Positions 1-9,829 of a DNA stretch of 64,000 bases are shown here, one piece after another (position 1 is the stretch's first letter; each line of letters begins with the position of its first letter). The position numbers and the translations under genes are program-made. The DNA is from Clostridia bacterium (GTDB lineage: Bacteria > Bacillota > Clostridia > RGIG6154), in the NCBI GenBank assembly GCA_045589295.1, contig JAZNOU010000001.1:21374-85373 (forward strand), given 5' to 3'. A model generated the notes under the pieces. It was not told the origin of the DNA, did no database searches, and saw nothing but the letters and a program-made list of their open reading frames with translations.

Positions 1-146
1 AACCTTTTATCGTCTATAATTTTATACCTCATCTTCTGTTCCCCCTATGTTGTATATAAAAATTATACAACACCAAAGCAGAAAAATAAATACAAAATTT
101 ATTCATATTAGTGAAGATTTTAGCACAACTACATAAAAAATGGCAC

Positions 147-176
147 AAAAAAGAGGATGCATACTTGCATCCTCTT
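147..176 (-). terminator. Intrinsic terminator of ppdK
   Basis: Stem AAGAGGATGCA/TGCATCCTCTT with a T-run on the minus strand just after the ppdK stop. Confidence 0.75.
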
Positions 177-190
177 ATAATCTGTAAAGA

Positions 191-2821
191 TTATTTATTG
201 TCGTTGATTGCAGCCTGAGCAGCAGCCAAACGAGCGATCGGAACTCTGAATGGTGAGCATGATACATAAGTTAAACCAATCTTATGACAGAACTCAACTG
301 ATACAGGGTCACCACCGTGTTCGCCGCAAATACCACAATGCATTTCAGGACGAACTTTCTTACCCATTTCAACAGCCATTTCCATAAGCTTACCAACACC
401 TGTCTGGTCGAGCTTAGCAAACGGATCGTTTTCAAAGATTTTTGCATCATAGTAAGCGTCTAAGAACTTACCAGCATCGTCTCTAGAGAAACCATATGTC
501 ATCTGAGTAAGGTCGTTTGTACCAAAGCAGAAGAACTCAGCTTCTTTAGCAATGTCATCAGCTGTAAGACAAGCTCTTGGGATTTCAATCATAGTACCAA
601 CTTCATATTTAAGATCCGCTCCAGCGTTTGCGATTTCTTCATCAGCAGTTGCAACAACTACTTCTTTAACATATTTAAGTTCTTTGATATCGCCAACTAA
701 AGGAATCATAATTTCAGGAACCAAGTTCCAGTCAGCGTGAGCTTTTTTAACATTGATAGCAGCTCTGATTACAGCTTTTGTCTGCATCTTAGCAATTTCA
801 GGATATGTTACTGCAAGACGGCAACCACGGTGACCCATCATTGGGTTGAATTCGTGGAGTGAAGAAATAATAGCTTTAATATCTTCAACTGTCTTACCCT
901 GAGCTTTAGCGAGCGCTGCAATATCAGCTTCTTCTGTAGGAACGAATTCATGAAGCGGAGGATCCAAGAATCTGATTGTAACAGGATTTCCTTCCAATGC
1001 TTCATAAAGTTTTTCAAAGTCTCCCTGCTGATAAGGAAGAATTTTTTCAAGCGCTGCTTCTCTTTCTTCAACTGTATCTGAACAAATCATTTCTCTGAAT
1101 GCAGCAATTCTATCAGCTTCAAAGAACATATGTTCTGTACGGCAAAGACCAATACCTTCTGCACCAAGTTCACGAGCTTTTTTAGCATCTGCAGGAGTAT
1201 CAGCGTTTGTTCTAACCTGAAGTGTTCTGAATTCATCAGCCCACTGCATAATTCTGCCAAATTCGCCAGCGATTTCAGCATCAACTGTAGGAATAATTCC
1301 ATCGTAGATATTACCTGTTGAACCATCGATTGAGATGCAATCTCCTTCAACAAAAGTTTTACCTGCTAATGTGAATTTCTTATTTTCTTCATCCATATTA
1401 ATGTCGCCGCAACCTGATACACAGCATGTACCCATACCACGAGCAACAACGGCAGCGTGTGAAGTCATACCGCCACGAACTGTTAAGATACCCTGTGAAG
1501 CTTTCATACCTGTGATATCTTCAGGTGAAGTTTCAAGACGAACAAGGATAACTTTTTCGCCTCTTGCATTCCAGCTTTCAGCATCTTCAGCTGTGAATAC
1601 AACTTTACCGCAAGCAGCACCAGGAGATGCACCAAGACCTCTGCCCATAGGAGTTGCAGCTTTTAAAGCTTTAGCATCAAACTGTGGGTGCAAGAGTGTG
1701 TCAAGGTTTCTTGGGTCGATCATAGCAACAGCTTTTTTCTTATCAATCATACCTTCGTCAACAAGGTCACAAGCAATTTTAAGAGCAGCTTTTGCTGTTC
1801 TCTTGCCGTTTCTTGTCTGGAGCATGTAAAGTTTTTTGTTTTCAATTGTAAATTCCATATCCTGCATATCTCTGTAGTGATCTTCAAGGATTTTGCAAAC
1901 CTTGTTGAACTCAGCAAATGCTTCTGGGAATTTTTCAGCCATCTGAGCGATTGGCATTGGAGTACGAACGCCGGCAACAACGTCTTCACCCTGTGCGTTT
2001 ACAAGGAATTCACCCATAAGACCTGGTTCACCTGTAGCAGGATCACGAGTAAATGCAACACCTGTACCGCAATCATCACCCATATTACCAAATGCCATCA
2101 TCTGTACGTTAACAGCTGTACCCCATGAATAAGGGATATCATTATCTCTTCTGTATACATTTGCTCTTGGGTTGTCCCATGAACGGAAAACGGCTTCAAC
2201 TGCACCCATAAGCTGTTCTTTAGGATCAGCAGGGAAGTCTTTACCGATTTTGTTTTTATATTCTGCTTTAAACTGAGAAGCAAGTTCTTTAAGGTCGTTA
2301 GCATCAAGTTCAATATCCTGTGTAACACCTTTAGCTTCCTTCATTTCGTCGATAAGCTGTTCAAAATATTTCTTACCAACTTCCATAACAACGTCTGAAT
2401 ACATCTGAATAAATCTTCTGTAGCAGTCCCATGCCCAACGAGCATTTCCTGTTTTAGCAGCCATTGTTTCAACAACGTCTTCGTTAAGACCAAGATTTAA
2501 AATAGTATCCATCATACCAGGCATAGATGCTCTAGCACCTGAACGAACTGATACCAAAAGCGGATTTTCTTTATCACCAAATTTTTTGCCGCAAATAGCT
2601 TCCATTTTTACAATATTTTCCATAATCTCTGCCTGAATTTCAGCATTGATATTACGGCCATCTTCATAGTACTGAGTACAAGCCTCTGTAGATACAGTAA
2701 ATCCCTGAGGAACAGGAAGACCGATCTTTGTCATCTCAGCAAGGTTTGCGCCTTTACCACCGAGGAGTTCACGCATTGAAGCGTCGCCTTCTGAGAATAA
2801 GTAAACGAATTTTTTACTCAT
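191..2821 (-). CDS. ppdK: Pyruvate, phosphate dikinase
   Basis: 876 aa; LLGGKGANLAEM start, GGMTSHAAVVAR phospho-His motif, GICGEHGGDP C-terminal motif. Confidence 0.98.
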   Translation of the reverse strand: MSKKFVYLFSEGDASMRELLGGKGANLAEMTKIGLPVPQGFTVSTEACTQYYEDGRNINAEIQAEIMENIVKMEAICGKKFGDKENPLLVSVRSGARASMPGMMDTILNLGLNEDVVETMAAKTGNARWAWDCYRRFIQMYSDVVMEVGKKYFEQLIDEMKEAKGVTQDIELDANDLKELASQFKAEYKNKIGKDFPADPKEQLMGAVEAVFRSWDNPRANVYRRDNDIPYSWGTAVNVQMMAFGNMGDDCGTGVAFTRDPATGEPGLMGEFLVNAQGEDVVAGVRTPMPIAQMAEKFPEAFAEFNKVCKILEDHYRDMQDMEFTIENKKLYMLQTRNGKRTAKAALKIACDLVDEGMIDKKKAVAMIDPRNLDTLLHPQFDAKALKAATPMGRGLGASPGAACGKVVFTAEDAESWNARGEKVILVRLETSPEDITGMKASQGILTVRGGMTSHAAVVARGMGTCCVSGCGDINMDEENKKFTLAGKTFVEGDCISIDGSTGNIYDGIIPTVDAEIAGEFGRIMQWADEFRTLQVRTNADTPADAKKARELGAEGIGLCRTEHMFFEADRIAAFREMICSDTVEEREAALEKILPYQQGDFEKLYEALEGNPVTIRFLDPPLHEFVPTEEADIAALAKAQGKTVEDIKAIISSLHEFNPMMGHRGCRLAVTYPEIAKMQTKAVIRAAINVKKAHADWNLVPEIMIPLVGDIKELKYVKEVVVATADEEIANAGADLKYEVGTMIEIPRACLTADDIAKEAEFFCFGTNDLTQMTYGFSRDDAGKFLDAYYDAKIFENDPFAKLDQTGVGKLMEMAVEMGKKVRPEMHCGICGEHGGDPVSVEFCHKIGLTYVSCSPFRVPIARLAAAQAAINDNK

Positions 2822-2851
2822 TAGTTACCCTCCTAATAATTTATCAGAATT

Positions 2852-2880
2852 ATTATACTCTTTTTTCCTCAATTTGTAAA
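2852..2880 (-). promoter_or_regulatory. Sigma-A promoter of ppdK
   Basis: Minus strand TTTACA-17 bp-TATAAT. Confidence 0.65.
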
Positions 2881-2939
2881 GAGAAACTTTTATAAAAATT
2901 ATTTTTACTTCTAAAAATATCCAATTATTGTATAATTCA

Positions 2940-2968
2940 TTGACTTATTTTGAGGTAACCTGTATAAT
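2940..2968 (+). promoter_or_regulatory. Sigma-A promoter of the lipoprotein gene
   Basis: TTGACT-17 bp-TATAAT. Confidence 0.65.
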
Positions 2969-3005
2969 AATTGACGTATTTTTTGAAGAAAAGAGAAAAA
3001 TCATA

Positions 3006-3635
3006 ATGAAAAAAGGAATATTTTTGTTTATAATTTCAATCATATTGCCATTACTTGCATCATGCTCCCAACAGCACACAGCTGTAACTGCACTGCACAT
3101 AAACTCAAAAACTGTACGGCTTGAAAGCGATATGACAAAAAATCTAAGCATAACCGCACATCCTGAGGGAATTGACAGTTCACATTACAGCCTTGTAAGC
3201 GAAAATGAATTTGTTGCAGTTTGTAAAGGCAATTCCGTTTGTGCAGTAAATGAAGGTGAAACTTATGTTTATGCCGTTTCGACAAATGGCAAAATTGAGA
3301 GTAACAAAATTAAAGTTATAGTAAGCAACGAAATATTTGATGTTGCATCAAAAATAATTGCTCTTTCTGTTGAGGAAGAAATCGAAGAACTTAAAATGAC
3401 AGAAATCACTCCAGAAAAAGCAACACAGATAACAGAAACAAGAATATATGAAATTCCCGAAAAATTTACTCCACCCCTTGTCACCGAGGACAACTCCTCC
3501 GACACGGTTTACATAACTCAATCGGGAACTAAATTTCATAAAAAAACTTGTTCGTATGCCAAAAACGCCTCCCCTGTTTCACGAAGTGAGGCGTATGACG
3601 ATGGAAAAACACCTTGTAAAAAGTGCTGTCCGTAA
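3006..3635 (+). CDS. Lipoprotein with Ig-like (Big_2-type) domain and C-terminal Ada-like Cys/His metal-binding domain
   Basis: Start moved to ATG 3006 (MKKGIF...LLASC lipobox); C-terminus VYITQSGTKFHKKTC...GKTPCKKC. Confidence 0.7.
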   Translation: MKKGIFLFIISIILPLLASCSQQHTAVTALHINSKTVRLESDMTKNLSITAHPEGIDSSHYSLVSENEFVAVCKGNSVCAVNEGETYVYAVSTNGKIESNKIKVIVSNEIFDVASKIIALSVEEEIEELKMTEITPEKATQITETRIYEIPEKFTPPLVTEDNSSDTVYITQSGTKFHKKTCSYAKNASPVSRSEAYDDGKTPCKKCCP

Positions 3636-3644
3636 ATTGAATAT

Positions 3645-3686
3645 TATCACATTTTGAGATAAAAGTCAATATCTCATTTTGAGAAA
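3645..3686. promoter_or_regulatory. Two tandem 17-bp imperfect palindromes, probable XRE operators
   Basis: TATCACATTTTGAGATA (3645-3661) and TATCTCATTTTGAGAAA (3670-3686) just upstream of the XRE gene. Confidence 0.6.
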
Positions 3687-3717
3687 ACATATAATAACAC
3701 CTAGGTGGTGTAATTAT

Positions 3718-3912
3718 ATGAGATTAAAAGATTTAAGAGAAGATTCAGATATTACGCAAAAAGATTTGGCTGAGTATCTTCATATAAAACAAAACACTTA
3801 TTCGCAATATGAAAATGGTCAAAGGCAACTTCCCATTGACGTTTTAATTGCACTTGCAAAATATTATAAAGTTTCAACAGATTATATTTTAGGTGTTACC
3901 GACAAAAAATAA
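3718..3912 (+). CDS. Small XRE/Cro-C1 family HTH regulator
   Basis: MRLKDLREDSDITQKDLAEYL...YSQYENGQRQ...VSTDYILG; RBS AGGTGG before ATG 3718. Confidence 0.9.
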   Translation: MRLKDLREDSDITQKDLAEYLHIKQNTYSQYENGQRQLPIDVLIALAKYYKVSTDYILGVTDKK

Positions 3913-3923
3913 AAGAGATGTTT

Positions 3924-4829
3924 CTACATCTCTTTTTTATATTCTTCAAACTGTTTTATAAGTTCTTTTCCTGTAAGGGCTAACAGTTCATAATATTTTT
4001 TAGTCAGTTCTTTATTTCCTCTTCCTATTTTAAAGCTCTCGGTTAACACTTCAAATGTAAGGTCGCCCTGATAATCAACATCTGCAAGTGCTTTCATAAC
4101 TGCATTCCAGTCCATTTTGCCAAAATACGGAATTGTGTGCATATCTTCCTTTAAATCGTTATCGTGAATATGAAGTGCGGTAAGCCTTTTTCCTCCAAGC
4201 TCATAAATTGCCTCATTTGCGTGCTGACCGACAAGACTGGAATGCCCTACATCAAGACAAACTGTAAAATATCTTTCATCAAGTGCATCAAAATAATCTG
4301 CAAGTTCTCTGCCGAAGCTACATACATTTGCAACTATTCTTTCAAACTGTTGAGAATGTTTCCACATATTTTCAACAGCAATTTTTATGTTATGTTCCCT
4401 GCAAACAGGAACAAAAGAATTAAAAAACTCAAGATTAAATTCTTTTTGATTTATATCAGGTCTTGATGTTGTATCAACAGGGTGAACTACTATCTGTTTT
4501 GCACCAAGCATTCCTGCCATTTTTATTGAACGCGCAATAAGGGGTTTTATTCTCTTATTATATTCTTCGGCAGTTTCGTGGGTATCTCTAAAGCGCATAC
4601 TCGGATATGGTGCATGTGCCTGATTAAAATAAAGGTCATTTTTCTTTACTTCTTTTAAAAGCATTTTACAGGTTTTTTCGCAGTTTTCCTCTGTAAACTC
4701 TTCTTTTTCAATCACATCACGCATAAAGCCCATATCTACGGCATCAAATCCGCATTTCTTTGCGACTTCAAGCCCCTCTTCATATCCGAATTCTGAAAAA
4801 AGTTGTCTGGTTGTTGTTGAAATTATCAT
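3924..4829 (-). CDS. Sugar phosphate isomerase/epimerase (xylose-isomerase-like TIM barrel)
   Basis: IAVENM, CLDVGH, LHIHDN, DMHTIP and TFE metal-ligand motifs. Confidence 0.85.
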   Translation of the reverse strand: MIISTTTRQLFSEFGYEEGLEVAKKCGFDAVDMGFMRDVIEKEEFTEENCEKTCKMLLKEVKKNDLYFNQAHAPYPSMRFRDTHETAEEYNKRIKPLIARSIKMAGMLGAKQIVVHPVDTTSRPDINQKEFNLEFFNSFVPVCREHNIKIAVENMWKHSQQFERIVANVCSFGRELADYFDALDERYFTVCLDVGHSSLVGQHANEAIYELGGKRLTALHIHDNDLKEDMHTIPYFGKMDWNAVMKALADVDYQGDLTFEVLTESFKIGRGNKELTKKYYELLALTGKELIKQFEEYKKEM

Positions 4830-4849
4830 AATATATAGTCCTTTTTAGT

Positions 4850-4865
4850 TATTTCCCGGGAAATA
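4850..4865. promoter_or_regulatory. Noc-binding-site (NBS)-like palindrome
   Basis: Perfect TATTTCCCGGGAAATA, containing the B. subtilis NBS consensus ATTTCCCGGGAAAT. Confidence 0.65.
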
Positions 4866-6005
4866 TTATTTAAAATAAATCGTAATCTCTCCTGCTTCTT
4901 CATTCCACGAAACCATTGCACCAAGCCCCTCTGCCACAAATCTGACAGGAACATAAACTGTTTCATCTTTTTTCACCGGGTGTACGTTTAGCTTTGAAAA
5001 TTTGTCATTGACAACTGCATTTGTATCCATAACCCAAATAGAAATTTTATCATTTTTTAAAGTTATGTCCGACCTGCCATAGCCATCTGTTTCATCATGA
5101 ATAATTTTCCCACCCATCTGATTTACAATGAAATCAGATGATATCATCATTGTTTCATTTTCTTCAATTAATTGCGGTACCTGAAGTTGCTCACCATTTA
5201 ATTCAGCAATATCACTTCCAAGTTTCATAACAAGCTTGTTGGTATATTTTTCAACTCCCCTTTTGTAAAACTTTTCCGCATCTTGTCTTGAAACCGCATA
5301 ATCGTAAAATGAAACTTCATCAATTAAGCCCAAAAGATTTCCCCAAGCACCTTTGCCTATTTCAAAAGTTTTGTTATTGTTGGCAATGGTAATATAGTCA
5401 AAAAGTTCAACAGGAAGTACTTCTGCACTTGAAAGAACACCATCATAATAATAGTACAAGATATTTTTATCAAAAACAACAGTAAGATTATGCCATTCAT
5501 TTTTAATTGTATCGTGGTTAAAAAGCTCTTTTGATTTAAAAGAATAACTGCCATATTCCGAATTTGAAAGTTTAAAAGTAATATCACTTCTGAAATATGT
5601 GTAATTATCCGAAAAATGAATTGAAATAGGACCTTGTGTCACATCACCCGCCGTTGATTCTCTTGACAAGAGCATAGGGTCAGTATGAGTTGTATCCGAT
5701 ACATTAAACCAGATTGAAAAAGTAAATTCATCACGGAGTTTTGTTTTTTCAGAACCGTAAAGTGACAAATGTCCTCCATTTAATCTCACGCCTTTACCTA
5801 TAATACTTTTATTTTCAAGTTCAAGGTTTCCAAATTCAAGTATACCAACACCCTCAACATTATTTACAAGTCCTTTTTCAAAGTTTGTCTCAAGTATTTT
5901 GCTGTCAGGTATTTCAAAACTGCTCTCAAGCTTAAAAGCACCGAAAATAAGACAGAGACATATCAATATAATTACAACTGATATTAATGTTTCTTTAATT
6001 CTCAT
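4866..6005 (-). CDS. Exported LamG-like lectin domain protein with copper-amine-oxidase N-terminal (stalk) domain
   Basis: N-terminal hydrophobic segment; FTFSIWF, EWHNLTVVFD and GLIDEVSFYD (LamG); VYVPVRFVAEGLGAMVSW (stalk domain). Confidence 0.75.
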   Translation of the reverse strand: MRIKETLISVVIILICLCLIFGAFKLESSFEIPDSKILETNFEKGLVNNVEGVGILEFGNLELENKSIIGKGVRLNGGHLSLYGSEKTKLRDEFTFSIWFNVSDTTHTDPMLLSRESTAGDVTQGPISIHFSDNYTYFRSDITFKLSNSEYGSYSFKSKELFNHDTIKNEWHNLTVVFDKNILYYYYDGVLSSAEVLPVELFDYITIANNNKTFEIGKGAWGNLLGLIDEVSFYDYAVSRQDAEKFYKRGVEKYTNKLVMKLGSDIAELNGEQLQVPQLIEENETMMISSDFIVNQMGGKIIHDETDGYGRSDITLKNDKISIWVMDTNAVVNDKFSKLNVHPVKKDETVYVPVRFVAEGLGAMVSWNEEAGEITIYFK

Positions 6006-6111
6006 TTTAATTCATCCTTTCAACAAGATAAATTATAACTATTTATGCCTTTTTTGTCAAACTTACGTGTTGATTTTAGTAGAATTTTGTTGTAAAATCT
6101 ATTATGAGGTG

Positions 6112-6939
6112 ATGATTTTGTTACTAAATATTTCGCCATTTGACCTGACTGATACATTTGAATGCGGTCAGTGCTTCAGGTGGAATCAAAATCAAGACAA
6201 AAGCTACACCGGAGTTGCTTTTGGACGAGTTCTTACAATAAAAAAAGAAAAAGACGGTTTTTACTTTTCTGATAATTCTCCCCTTTGGCAGGACTATTTT
6301 GACATATCAACCGACTATAATAAGATTATGAGCTTTCTTTGTGTTGATGATATTATAAAAAATGCAATCCAAAGTTCACCGGGCATAAGAATTTTAAAGC
6401 AGGATTTTTTTGAAACTGTGATTTCTTTCATTATTTCACAAAACAACAACATTCCAAGAATAAAATCGATAATAGAAGCCCTTTGCAATAATTATGGCAA
6501 AGATTTAGGGCACGGCTTTTTTTCTTTTCCTGATGCTAAAACTTTAGCTTGTCTTACACCTGCAGACCTTGCATTTTTAAAGGCAGGCTACCGCGACAGT
6601 TATATAATTGATGCCTCGGAGAAAATACTATCAAACTCACTTGATATGGATATAATAAAAAATGCTCCAATTGACGAGGCACGCAAGGAGATTTCAAAAA
6701 TCAAAGGTGTCGGCCCAAAGGTTGCCGACTGCATACTTTTGTTTGGAGTTTCAAGATATGAGGTTTTCCCAACAGATGTGTGGATGAAAAAAGTTTTATC
6801 CTCCCTTTACGGCTTTGAAAACCTTACACCAAACGAAATAAATAAGTTTGCTAAAGAAAAATTTGCACCCTATCAGGGATATGCACAACAATACCTATTC
6901 AACTATGCAAGATTAAACAAAATTAATTCACTCGAATAG
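6112..6939 (+). CDS. ogg: 8-oxoguanine DNA glycosylase (HhH-GPD family)
   Basis: TFECGQCFRW, FIISQNNNIPRI, GVGPKVADCILLF, FPTDVW; start at ATG 6112 or TTG 6118 after GAGGTG. Confidence 0.9.
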   Translation: MILLLNISPFDLTDTFECGQCFRWNQNQDKSYTGVAFGRVLTIKKEKDGFYFSDNSPLWQDYFDISTDYNKIMSFLCVDDIIKNAIQSSPGIRILKQDFFETVISFIISQNNNIPRIKSIIEALCNNYGKDLGHGFFSFPDAKTLACLTPADLAFLKAGYRDSYIIDASEKILSNSLDMDIIKNAPIDEARKEISKIKGVGPKVADCILLFGVSRYEVFPTDVWMKKVLSSLYGFENLTPNEINKFAKEKFAPYQGYAQQYLFNYARLNKINSLE

Positions 6940-6968
6940 TTGACTTATAAAAAAAATAAGTGTATAAT
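6940..6968 (+). promoter_or_regulatory. Sigma-A promoter of serC-serA-apt
   Basis: TTGACT-17 bp-TATAAT. Confidence 0.7.
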
Positions 6969-7007
6969 AAAAAAATAGTTTATTTGAATGAAAGGAAGTA
7001 TAAAACT

Positions 7008-8090
7008 ATGGAAAGAGTGTACAATTTTTCAGCAGGCCCTTCTATGTTGCCTGAAAAAGTATTAAAAATCGCAGCAGAACAGATGCTCAATTATGAAGGT
7101 TCCGGGCAAAGCGTTATGGAAATGAGTCACCGTTCCAAAGTTTATGAAGAAATCATCAACACTGCGGAACAGGATTTAAGAGATTTAATGAAAATACCTG
7201 ACAACTATAAGGTTTTATTCCTACAGGGCGGTGCTTCAACTCAGTTTGCAATGGTTCCATTAAACCTTATGACAAAAAACAAAAAAGCTGACTACGTTAT
7301 CACAGGTCAGTGGTCAAAAAAAGCTTTTTCAGAAGCTAACCTTTATGGTACTGCAAGAAAAGTCGCTTCAAGCGAAGACAAGGTATTTAACTACATCCCA
7401 AAACTTGACAAGAGTATGTTTGACCCTGAAGCTGACTATGTTCACACAACTGAAAACAACACAATATACGGAACAAAATTCCACAGCATTCCTGACACTG
7501 GTAACGTTCCTTTGGTAACTGATATGTCATCATGTATTTTATCAGAACCTGTTGATGTTTCAAAATATGGTCTAATCTATGCTGGTGCTCAGAAAAACGT
7601 TGGGCCTGCAGGTGTTACAATTGCTATTATCAGAGAAGATTTAATCGGTGAAGCTATGGACATTACTCCAACAATGCTCAAATATAAGATTCACGCTGAA
7701 AACGATTCTCTCTACAACACACCTCCGTGCTACGGCATTTATGTTTGCGGTCTTGTGTTCAAATACTTAAAAGAACTTGGCGGCCTTGAAAAAATGGAAC
7801 AGATTAACATTGAAAAGGCAAAAATTCTTTATGATTTCTTAGATGAATCAAACTTGTTCAGAGGCACAGTTGTTAAAGAAGACCGTTCACTTATGAACGT
7901 TCCTTTTGTAACAGATAACGATGAACTTAATGCTAAATTTATCAAAGAAGCAACCGCAAAGGGGTTTGTTAACCTTAAGGGACACAGAACTGTTGGAGGT
8001 ATGAGAGCAAGCATTTACAATGCGATGCCCACAGAAGGTGTAGTTGCCCTTGTTGACTTTATGAAACAGTTTGAGGCTGACAATAAATAA
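7008..8090 (+). CDS. serC: Phosphoserine aminotransferase
   Basis: RVYNFSAGPS, YAGAQKN (PLP Lys), KGHRTVGGMRASIYNA; start ATG 7008. Confidence 0.97.
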   Translation: MERVYNFSAGPSMLPEKVLKIAAEQMLNYEGSGQSVMEMSHRSKVYEEIINTAEQDLRDLMKIPDNYKVLFLQGGASTQFAMVPLNLMTKNKKADYVITGQWSKKAFSEANLYGTARKVASSEDKVFNYIPKLDKSMFDPEADYVHTTENNTIYGTKFHSIPDTGNVPLVTDMSSCILSEPVDVSKYGLIYAGAQKNVGPAGVTIAIIREDLIGEAMDITPTMLKYKIHAENDSLYNTPPCYGIYVCGLVFKYLKELGGLEKMEQINIEKAKILYDFLDESNLFRGTVVKEDRSLMNVPFVTDNDELNAKFIKEATAKGFVNLKGHRTVGGMRASIYNAMPTEGVVALVDFMKQFEADNK

Positions 8091-8105
8091 TTGAGGTGAA
8101 TTTTA

Positions 8106-9260
8106 ATGTATGATATTTTAACTTTAAATAAGATTGCCAAAATCGGACTTGACGTTTTGGGCGATAATTATGCAGTTTCTGACGATCGCACAAATCCTGA
8201 CGGTATTTTGGTAAGAAGTGCAGCAATGCACGATATGGAATTTGACGATAACTTGAAAGCTATCGCAAGAGCAGGTGCAGGTACTAACAACATTCCTGTT
8301 GACAGATGTGCCGAAGAAGGTATTGTCGTTTTCAACACCCCCGGTGCTAATGCTAACGCGGTTAAAGAACTTGTGATTTGCGGTCTTTTCCTTGCATCAC
8401 GCGATATCACAGAAGGTGCAAAATGGACTTCTACTCTCAAAAACGAAGGCGAAGGCGCTGCAAAATTAGTTGAAAAAGGAAAAGGTCAGTTTGCAGGTCA
8501 CGAAATTGCAGGTAAAAAGCTTGGCGTTATCGGACTTGGAGCTATCGGCATTATGGTTGCTAACGCAGCTCATAGTCTTGGAATGGAAGTTTTGGGATAT
8601 GACCCATACATCTCAGTTGATGCAGCATGGAGCTTATCGCGTTCAGTTGTGCACGTCAACAACATCAACGATATCTTTACACAGTGTGACTATATTACAA
8701 TCCACGTTCCGCTCAATCCAAGCACAAAATACACAATCAACAAAGATACTCTTGCACTTTGCAAAGACGGTGTAAGAATTCTCAATTTCTCAAGAAATGA
8801 GTTGGTTGAAAATACTGCTTTAATGTCAGCTTTAGAAAGCGGAAAAGTTGCAAAATATGTAACTGACTTCCCAAGTGCAGATTTAATTGATGTTAAAAAT
8901 ATCGTTTGCATCCCTCACCTTGGCGCTTCAACTGAAGAAGCTGAAGACAACTGCGCAGTTATGGCTGCAAAGCAACTCAAAGAGTTCCTTGAAAACGGTA
9001 ACATCGTTAACTCTGTTAACTATCCTAACTGCTCAGCCCCAAGAGAAGGTGCAGTAAGAATTTGTGTTATGCACAAAAACATTCCTACAATGATTAGTCA
9101 GATTACAAACGCGGTATCAAAAGTTAACGTTGACAATATGATCAACAAAAGCAAAGGCGACTTTGCTTATACAATTCTTGACTTATCAGAAGAACACCCT
9201 GAAGCTGCTAATGCAATCACTGCCATTGACGGAGTAATCCGTGTAAGAGTTATTAAATAA
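8106..9260 (+). CDS. serA: D-3-phosphoglycerate dehydrogenase with ACT domain
   Basis: ARAGAGTNNI, GLGAIG, PHLGAST; follows serC. Confidence 0.93.
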   Translation: MYDILTLNKIAKIGLDVLGDNYAVSDDRTNPDGILVRSAAMHDMEFDDNLKAIARAGAGTNNIPVDRCAEEGIVVFNTPGANANAVKELVICGLFLASRDITEGAKWTSTLKNEGEGAAKLVEKGKGQFAGHEIAGKKLGVIGLGAIGIMVANAAHSLGMEVLGYDPYISVDAAWSLSRSVVHVNNINDIFTQCDYITIHVPLNPSTKYTINKDTLALCKDGVRILNFSRNELVENTALMSALESGKVAKYVTDFPSADLIDVKNIVCIPHLGASTEEAEDNCAVMAAKQLKEFLENGNIVNSVNYPNCSAPREGAVRICVMHKNIPTMISQITNAVSKVNVDNMINKSKGDFAYTILDLSEEHPEAANAITAIDGVIRVRVIK

Positions 9261-9264
9261 GAGA

Positions 9265-9795
9265 GTGAAAATTATGGATTTAAAAAAGCATTTAAGAGTT
9301 GTTCCCGATTTCCCTAAAAAGGGTATTCAGTTTTTTGATGTGACAACCATTTTTCAAAACCCCGAGGCTTTTAAATATGTTGTAGATAAAATGGCAGAGA
9401 GCATTAAAGACATTCCTTGTGATGTTATTGTAAGTTTAGAATCAAGAGGATTCTTATTTGCATCAGCTATAGCTTATAAACTTGGCAAAAGCCACTCTTT
9501 GGTAAGAAAACCCGGCAAATTGCCTTATAAGACAGTATCGCAGTCTTACAGCTTAGAATATGGTACAGATACTGTTGAAATGCACGAAGACGCGGTTACC
9601 CCGGGACAGAATGTTGTTGTAATTGATGACCTTTTAGCTACCGGCGGAACAGTTGAAGCCGCAATCAAATTGGTTGAAAAACTTGGTGGAAATGTAAGTG
9701 CAATTTCATTCTTTATTGAAATTGAAGGTTTAGGTGGCAGAGAAAAGCTGGACGGATACCACATAAACTCAATATTAAAATTAAGAGAAGATTAA
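9265..9795 (+). CDS. apt: Adenine phosphoribosyltransferase
   Basis: PDFPKKGIQF, ESRGF, RKPGKLP, LEYG, VVVIDDLLATGGT. Confidence 0.96.
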   Translation: MKIMDLKKHLRVVPDFPKKGIQFFDVTTIFQNPEAFKYVVDKMAESIKDIPCDVIVSLESRGFLFASAIAYKLGKSHSLVRKPGKLPYKTVSQSYSLEYGTDTVEMHEDAVTPGQNVVVIDDLLATGGTVEAAIKLVEKLGGNVSAISFFIEIEGLGGREKLDGYHINSILKLRED

Positions 9796-9829
9796 AAAAA
9801 TACGGTGTGAAATTCACACCGTATTTTTT
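9795..9829. terminator. Bidirectional terminator between apt and tsaD
   Basis: A-run TACGGTGTGAA/TTCACACCGTA T-run between convergent genes. Confidence 0.8.

Noticed and set aside
5899-6111. Long N-terminal extensions in the ORF track (also at 2928, 14052, 30941, 39284 and 48928)
   Set aside because: They overlap promoters or neighbouring genes; downstream starts with RBSs match family N-termini better
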